A stretch of DNA of 64,000 nucleotides from an uncultured Planctomycetota bacterium (lineage in GTDB: Bacteria > Planctomycetota > Planctomycetia > Isosphaerales > Isosphaeraceae): the NCBI GenBank assembly GCA_963845755.1, contig CAWJTV010000027.1:128001-192000 (forward strand), in the 5' to 3' direction. The notes beneath the pieces were generated by a model. The model saw nothing but the letters and a program-made list of their open reading frames with translations, did not search any database and was not told where the DNA came from. A program made the translations under genes and the position numbers. This document shows, one piece after another, positions 58,209 through 64,000 of the stretch. Position 1 is the first letter of the stretch; every line of letters begins with the position of its first letter.

Positions 58209-58608
58209 GAGTCTGTTCCAAAAGCCCCAGAGGGGCGACCGGACGTAGCCAGGGGCGTGAGCCCCTGGACGATCTCCCTCGACCGTCCTTCGAGCCCCGG
58301 AGGGGCGGCAGAAGTCCTCAGAGCCACAGGGTTTCTGTCGCCCCTCTGGGGCTTCCCGGAACGGAGGAACTCCCCTCGTCCAGGGGCTCACGCCCGTGGC
58401 TACGTGCTTCCGCCCCCATCCGGGGGCTCAGGGAAACGACTGAGAGTCTGTTCCGAAAGGGCGAGCGGGGGGCGTCAGCCCCCTGTCTTCGAGAGCCCTC
58501 GCTCAACGGACAGGGGGCTGACGCCCCCCGCTCGCCCGGGCCTGCCCCTTCGGGAACAGACTCTTCGGGAACAGACTCTTCGGGAACAGACTCTTCGGGA
58601 ACAGACTC
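58209..58608. mobile_element. Composite MITE/REP-like insertion (400 bp) with TGA target duplication
   Basis: TGA|GAGTCTGTTCC ... GGAACAGACTC|TGA; a second left end at 58441-58454; nested palindromes; 4 x CTTCGGGAACAGACT. Confidence 0.75.
58548..58607 (+). repeat. Perfect 15-bp tandem repeat x4 (CTTCGGGAACAGACT)
   Basis: Units start at 58548, 58563, 58578 and 58593. Confidence 0.95.
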
Positions 58609-58634
58609 TGAGACGTTGTCTCCGGTATCTGGCC

Positions 58635-61299
58635 ATGCCTCTCGCTCTCCTGGCGGCGGATGTTGGTCGAGCCTTCGCGCAAGAACTCCATGATTTCGAG
58701 TCCCAGTTTCGGGGGTTCCTCGACACGCATTGCGTCGCATGTCATGGTCCCGAGATGCAGAAGCGTCGGCTGCGATTGGATCGCTTGCCCTTCGCGTTCG
58801 ACGACAAGGACGTGACGGCGACCTGGGTGAAGGTGCTCGACAAGCTCTCCCGGGGCGAGATGCCGCCGAAGGACCAGCCGCGCCCGCCTGAAGACGAGGC
58901 CCGCGCGGCAATCGCCGGGTTGGATCGGCAGTTGCACGACGCCTCGCTCGAACGACAGCGCCGCGAAGGTCGCGTCGTGCTTCGGCGACTGAACCGCACC
59001 GAGTACGAAACCACGCTCCGCGACCTGCTGGCCACGCGCGTCGAGGTGAAGGACTTGCTCCCGGACGATAACATCGCGGCCGGGTTCGACAACGTGAGCG
59101 CGGTGCTGGATGTTTCGCCGGTGCACCTGCTGCGGATATCAGGACGCGGCCGAGAAGGCGGTCCGGGCGGTCATCCCGAAGCGCCCGCGCGTTTCGATCC
59201 AGGAACGACGCACGGGCCGGCAGATCACCGAGAAGCTGAAGCTCTACCAGGAGCTGCTCGGCAAATCGGCACGGCTGGACGGCGATGCGCTGGTCCTCTA
59301 TCTCCGCAATCCGGATTACATCCCGTGTGCCACCGCGCCGGCGCCGGCGGACGGCCGGTATCGCGTGCGAGTTTCGGTCTCTGCCGTGAATACCGACGGC
59401 AAGCCATTGCCGATGATGTGCGTCTGCCGGGTCAACCAGTATGACCGCGAGGATACCGACGTCCGCACGGTGCGCGACGCCCCGGCCGGCAAGCCGATCG
59501 TGATCGAGGAGGAGTTCGACCTCCGCGAGCGGGAAGTCATGGTCTTCGCCGGCTGGTCGCTGCCTCATCCCCGGGAGTTCGAGCGCGTTCACAAGAATCG
59601 CCCGCTCGACGCCCATCCCACGCTGCCGGGCCTGGCCGTGCACTGGGTCGAGATCGAAGGGCCGCTCGGTCCCTGGCCGACGGAAGGCTATCGGCGCCTC
59701 TTCGGCGACGTGCCGCTCAAGCCGCAATCGGTCGCGAAAGCGGAGTCCGAAGGACGGCCCGTCCCGCCGCAGCCGGCCAGCCGCCCGGACGGCTGGTGGC
59801 AGTACGACCCGCTCATCCCGGCACCCGCCAGGCCGCGTGAGAACGCCGAACGACTGTTGCGGTCGTTCTTGCCGCTGGCCTTTCGCCGGCCGGTTGGCGA
59901 GGACCTGGTGCGCTACTATGTGACGCTGGTCCATGCGGAGCTCGACAAGGGTGTGTCGTTCGCCGAGGCGATGGTCGTGGGCTATAAGGCCGCGCTCTGC
60001 TCGCCCCATTTCCTGTTCCTCACCGAGCGGATCGAGGACTCGCGCGGGGATCGTCGCACCGAGCTGGACGACTATGCCGTCGCCACACGGCTGTCTTATT
60101 TTCTCTGGTCGTCGATGCCGGACCAGGCGTTGATGGAACTGGCAGCGAAGGGCGAGCTGCACAAGCCCGACGTCTTGCGGGCACAGGTCGAGCGGTTGTT
60201 GAACGATCCCAAGGCCCACCGGTTCACGGCCAACTTCGCCGGTCAATGGCTCGACTTGCGGAGTATCAACGCCACCTCGCCGGACCCCCAGATCTACGGC
60301 GAGTTCGACGACTTCCTGTTCTGGTCGATGCCGCGCGAGACGGAGCGGTTCTTCGAAGAGGTTCTGCACCACGATCGCAGCTTGACCGAATTCGTTGACT
60401 CGGACTGGACGTTCCTGAATCAGCGATTGGCTCAGCATTACGGGATCGCGGGCGTCGACGGCGGCGAGCTGCGCAGGGTCAAACTTTCGCCGGGCAGCCA
60501 CCGCGGCGGCGTCTTGACGCACGCGTCGATCCTGAAGGTCACGGCGGACGGCACGCGGACATCGCCGGTCCTGCGCGGCAAGTGGGTGCTCGATCGGATC
60601 CTCGGCCAGCCGCCGTCCCCGCCGCCGCCCGACATCCCGGTCCTCGAGCCCGACATCCGCGGCGCCACCACGATCCGCCAGCAGCTCGACAAGCACCGCA
60701 ACACGCCGGCCTGCGCGTCATGTCATCGCTACATCGATCCGCCCGGGTTTGCGCTCGAGACCTTCGACGTCATCGGCGGCTGGCGCGACTTCTACCGGGC
60801 CACTCAGCCCCGCGGGCACAAGCCCGTCGATCTGGCCAACTACCCGGGGCGACAGATCTATCGCGGCCCCGACGTCGAGCGCGGCGGCACCACGCCTGAT
60901 GGCAGGTCATTCCAGGGCATCGACGATTACAAGCGCCTCTTGCTTGCGGACAAGAATCAGCTCGCGCACAGCCTCGCTCGAAAACTGCTGATCTACGCCA
61001 CCGGGGCGGACATCCAGTTCGCCGACCGCGAGGTGGTTGAAGACTTGGTGGCGAAGTGCCGCGCCCGGAACTACGGCTTCCGCTCGCTCGTGCATGCGGT
61101 GGTTCAGAGCCGGGTGTTCTTGAACAAGTGGAATCATCGCGTGGCGAATTCAGCGGAGAGTGACAAATGCTCGACCTCGCGCTTATCTCTATTCCACAGA
61201 TCGACGCAATCGCCGGAAGGAGCTTTGCCGACTCGGGCTTTACCACGACCTGCGGCTGGTTATGGCCGATCGCCTGGCCCATCCTTTATACGAGGGTGA
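58635..61299 (+). CDS. DUF1592-family (DUF1587/1595/1592/1588/1585) protein with heme-binding motifs (frameshift ~59135; conserved part ends ~61128)
   Basis: HCVACHG, EMPP, RRLNRTEYETT.RDLL, GFDN, AFRRP, RLSYFLWSSMPD, FAGQWL, TSPVLRGKWV, CASCH..IDPPGF and QSRVFLNK. Confidence 0.92.
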
Positions 61300-61832
61300 T
61301 GTCGGACATCACGTCCGGAATGGCGCGATACACTCGACCGGAACGACCGGTCAGCAAGCGTGGTGCAATTGTGACAGTCAGGGGCTCGGCCCAGAGAAGG
61401 ATGGTTCGTCGATCGCCGTCCCTTCTGTCAATTTGACCGGCTGTAGGATCGAGAGTTGAGCCATCGACCCGAACTCCTCCACACGTTCAACGTCATCACA
61501 GGGTCAATGCCTCCTCATGGACTGATCGAAGAAGTGCTCGATGGAATGGGCCACGACGACGGATCGAACGCGCCGGACATCTTCGCCCAGCATTTGGAGA
61601 GTATCGCGGGAAGGCGAGATGGCGGGCGGCGTACTGGATGGGCTTTCGGTCCTTTCGATCGCAATCTTTGATGATGATCGCAGCACAGTGCACTAGGCCA
61701 GATTGTTGGGTTATTGGCCGCATGGTGAAATTCCATCCGTTGATAAATCATAACAATGGTGAGTCATCATCAATACGGCCCAGCCGACTCGCCTTCGTGA
61801 TCGCTGTGGAATCGACTTCGGAGGACTGTGCC

Positions 61833-63103
61833 GTGCCTCTCTCTCCGCTGGACCGCCGCACGTTCCTCCGCTCGGCCGGCGTTTGCATCGGCCTGCCGCT
61901 CCTCGACGCAATGCTGCCGATCGGTCTGGGGGCGGATCGCAAGGCCGCGGCGATGCGCCCAAAGCGCATGCTCCTCATCAGTCAACCGCTGGGCCTGCAC
62001 GCCGCCGAATTTCTTCCCGACCCAGACCGGGACGGATTATGAGCCCTCGCGCTACTTGAAACCGCTGCAAGATCCATCGACGCGACTTCACGGTGTTCTC
62101 GGGCCTGTCGCACGTAGGCTATCCCGGCGGTCATCACACCGAGGTCGCCCTGTTGACCGGCGTGGCGCCCGAGCGGGTGCGGTTCAATGATATCCGCAAC
62201 ACGATCTCGCTCGACCAGGAAGTCGCCTCTCGGCTGGGCGGCGAGACCCGGTTCCCTTATCTGTCGCTGGGTGGCGGCCCCGTGTCGTGGAACCGCAAGG
62301 GTGTGAAGGTGCCGTCCGAGGAACGGGCCACTCAGGTCTTCAAGCAACTCTTTATTGACGGTACCCCGGAGGAGGTGGCGCGCGAGGTCGAGCGGATCAA
62401 GACGGGTCAGAGCATCCTCGACGGCGTGCGCGACCAGGCGCGGTCATTGGGTGGGACACTCGGTCCAGCCGATCGACAACGCCTCGACCTGATGCTGACC
62501 TCGATCCGCGAGGCCGAGCAGCGCCTCCAGCAGGATCAGGCCTGGGTGTTGAAGCCCAAGCCGAAGGTGCAGGCCAGGCCCTTCACCGACGATTACCACA
62601 CGGACCTGCGGACGCTCGATCGCGAACGGCAGTGGTTCGACCTGGTGCACCTGGCGCTGCAAACCGATTCCACGCGCGTGATCGCCTTGTGGATCTGGTC
62701 GTATGGCCGGATCGACCTGCCGGATGTGGCCATCGGCCATCACGACGCCACGCACCACGGTCAGGACGAGGCCAAGATCAAACAGCTCGCCTTGATCGAA
62801 GAGGCCGAGATGGCCCTCTTCGCCGGGCTCCTCGGCAAGATGAAGGCGACCAACGAAAACGGCTCATCGCTGCTCGATCGGACGGTGGTGTTCTACGGGA
62901 GCAACCTGGGGAACGCCTCGGCGCACACCTGTGAGAACCTGCCGATCCTGCTCGCGGGCGGCGGATTCCACCATGCGGGCCACGTCGTCTTCGATCGCAA
63001 GACGAACGCGCCGCTGTCCAACCTCTTCGTCCGGATGCTGCACCAGATGGACATCGAAGCCGATCGCTTCGGCAGCAGCACGGGGACGCTCGGTGAGATA
63101 TGA
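61833..63103 (+). CDS. DUF1552 domain protein (frameshifts ~62008, ~62077)
   Basis: DRRTFLR..GV.IGLPLLDAM, SLDQ.VA, SILD.V, LALQTDSTRV, HH..HHG, SLLD.T...YGS, NLP.LLAGG and FGSSTG. Confidence 0.92.
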
Positions 63104-63127
63104 GATTGTCGATGGGCGATATCGATC

Positions 63128-64000
63128 CTACTCGATCCGTTGTGTATAAATGTCCGACCCGCCGTCGCGCTCGGAGACGAACGTCACGCCGCGGCCGTCT
63201 GGGGCCCAGGTGGGGAAGGTATCGCCAAGCGGGTTCCGGGAGATGTTGACGGGATGCGAGCCATCGGCGTTGGCGACGTAGACCTCAAGCTGGCCGTCAC
63301 GGTTCGAGACGAACGCGAGCCGTTTGCCATCGCGCGAGTAAGCGGGATAGTCATCGAGCCCGCGGCTGTCGGTCAAACGGGTCACCCCGCTGCCGTCGGG
63401 ACGGACGCGGGCGATCTCCAGGCCGGTTCCCCATCGATCGGTGACGAAGGCGATCGACTTCCCGTCGGGCGACCAGCAGGGGTGGGCGTCGTGGCCGGGA
63501 TGCTGGGTTAGCCGGACGACGTCCGAGCCGTCGAGGGCTGCGGTATAAATCTCCTGGTTGCCGTCGTGCGTCGAGCTGAACGCGAGCCGCTTGCCGTCCG
63601 GCGACCAGGCGGGCCATTCCTGGTGGACGAGCTTGCCCTGCTCCTCGGCAATGATCGGCTTCCGGCCGGAGCCGTCGGCGTTGACCGCGAAGATGTCGAG
63701 ATTCCCCTGGGTGCCGATGAACCGGATCATGCACAGGAGTAACCGGGACCCGCCCGGCACGAAAGTCGCGTCGAAATGAGGCTCGTCATAGTCGGGGAGC
63801 AGCCGGCGCGCGGCATCCGTCTTGCCGGGATCGCAGACATATTGCCACATGTGAGTGCTATCCGCTTCCTGACGCGCGAATGCCAGCCGCTTGCCGTCGG
63901 GTGACCAGGAGGGACGACGCTTGTCGAGACCGTCTCGCGTGTGGCGGGTGAGGCGATCCTCGGGCGACGCCGCGACGCTGATGGAGAACGCCAGACCGAG
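63128..64000 (-). CDS. TolB-like PD40 beta-propeller protein, 5' end beyond the window
   Basis: Repeated P.WSPDGKRLAF motifs; the frame stays open to the window end. Confidence 0.88.
   Translation of the reverse strand, partial: LGLAFSISVAASPEDRLTRHTRDGLDKRRPSWSPDGKRLAFARQEADSTHMWQYVCDPGKTDAARRLLPDYDEPHFDATFVPGGSRLLLCMIRFIGTQGNLDIFAVNADGSGRKPIIAEEQGKLVHQEWPAWSPDGKRLAFSSTHDGNQEIYTAALDGSDVVRLTQHPGHDAHPCWSPDGKSIAFVTDRWGTGLEIARVRPDGSGVTRLTDSRGLDDYPAYSRDGKRLAFVSNRDGQLEVYVANADGSHPVNISRNPLGDTFPTWAPDGRGVTFVSERDGGSDIYTQRIE

Noticed and set aside
58548..58607. Possible CRISPR array
   Set aside because: The 15-bp units are head-to-tail with no spacers, and no cas genes are present.
58257..58634. N-terminal extension with LREQT repeats on the DUF1592 protein
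   Set aside because: Translation of the inserted repeat element rather than native protein.

Overview
High-GC bacterial window, almost certainly from a planctomycete (Isosphaeraceae-like). The assignment rests on two DUF1559 prepilin-like genes, a DUF1592/DUF1552 pair, a TIGR03067 protein, an ECF-sigma/Ser-Thr-kinase pair and a LEPR-XLL-type secreted protein. Housekeeping genes (prkA, moxR, MATE, DinG/YoaA helicase, thiS-thiG, ettA) are mixed with accessory DNA: three tandem paralogous membrane-anchored proteins with an intact IS5 element between copies 2 and 3, two HEPN modules, two GTAG REPIN hairpins, two MITE-like insertions with reconstructable empty sites, and a XylR-associated secreted carbohydrate/redox cluster. 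Many genes, including conserved ones, carry single-base frameshifts, most likely long-read assembly errors. The best candidate for an undescribed system is at 37.2-42.1 kb. It is a probable fusion enzyme (two Asp/Asn beta-hydroxylase-like 2OG-Fe(II) domains, an AMMECR1-like segment and an alpha/alpha-toroid-like domain) convergent with a secreted surface protein carrying a long (Gly-Asp)n tract. All family assignments come from motif recognition by eye; no database search was run. No rRNA, tRNA or CRISPR array was seen.
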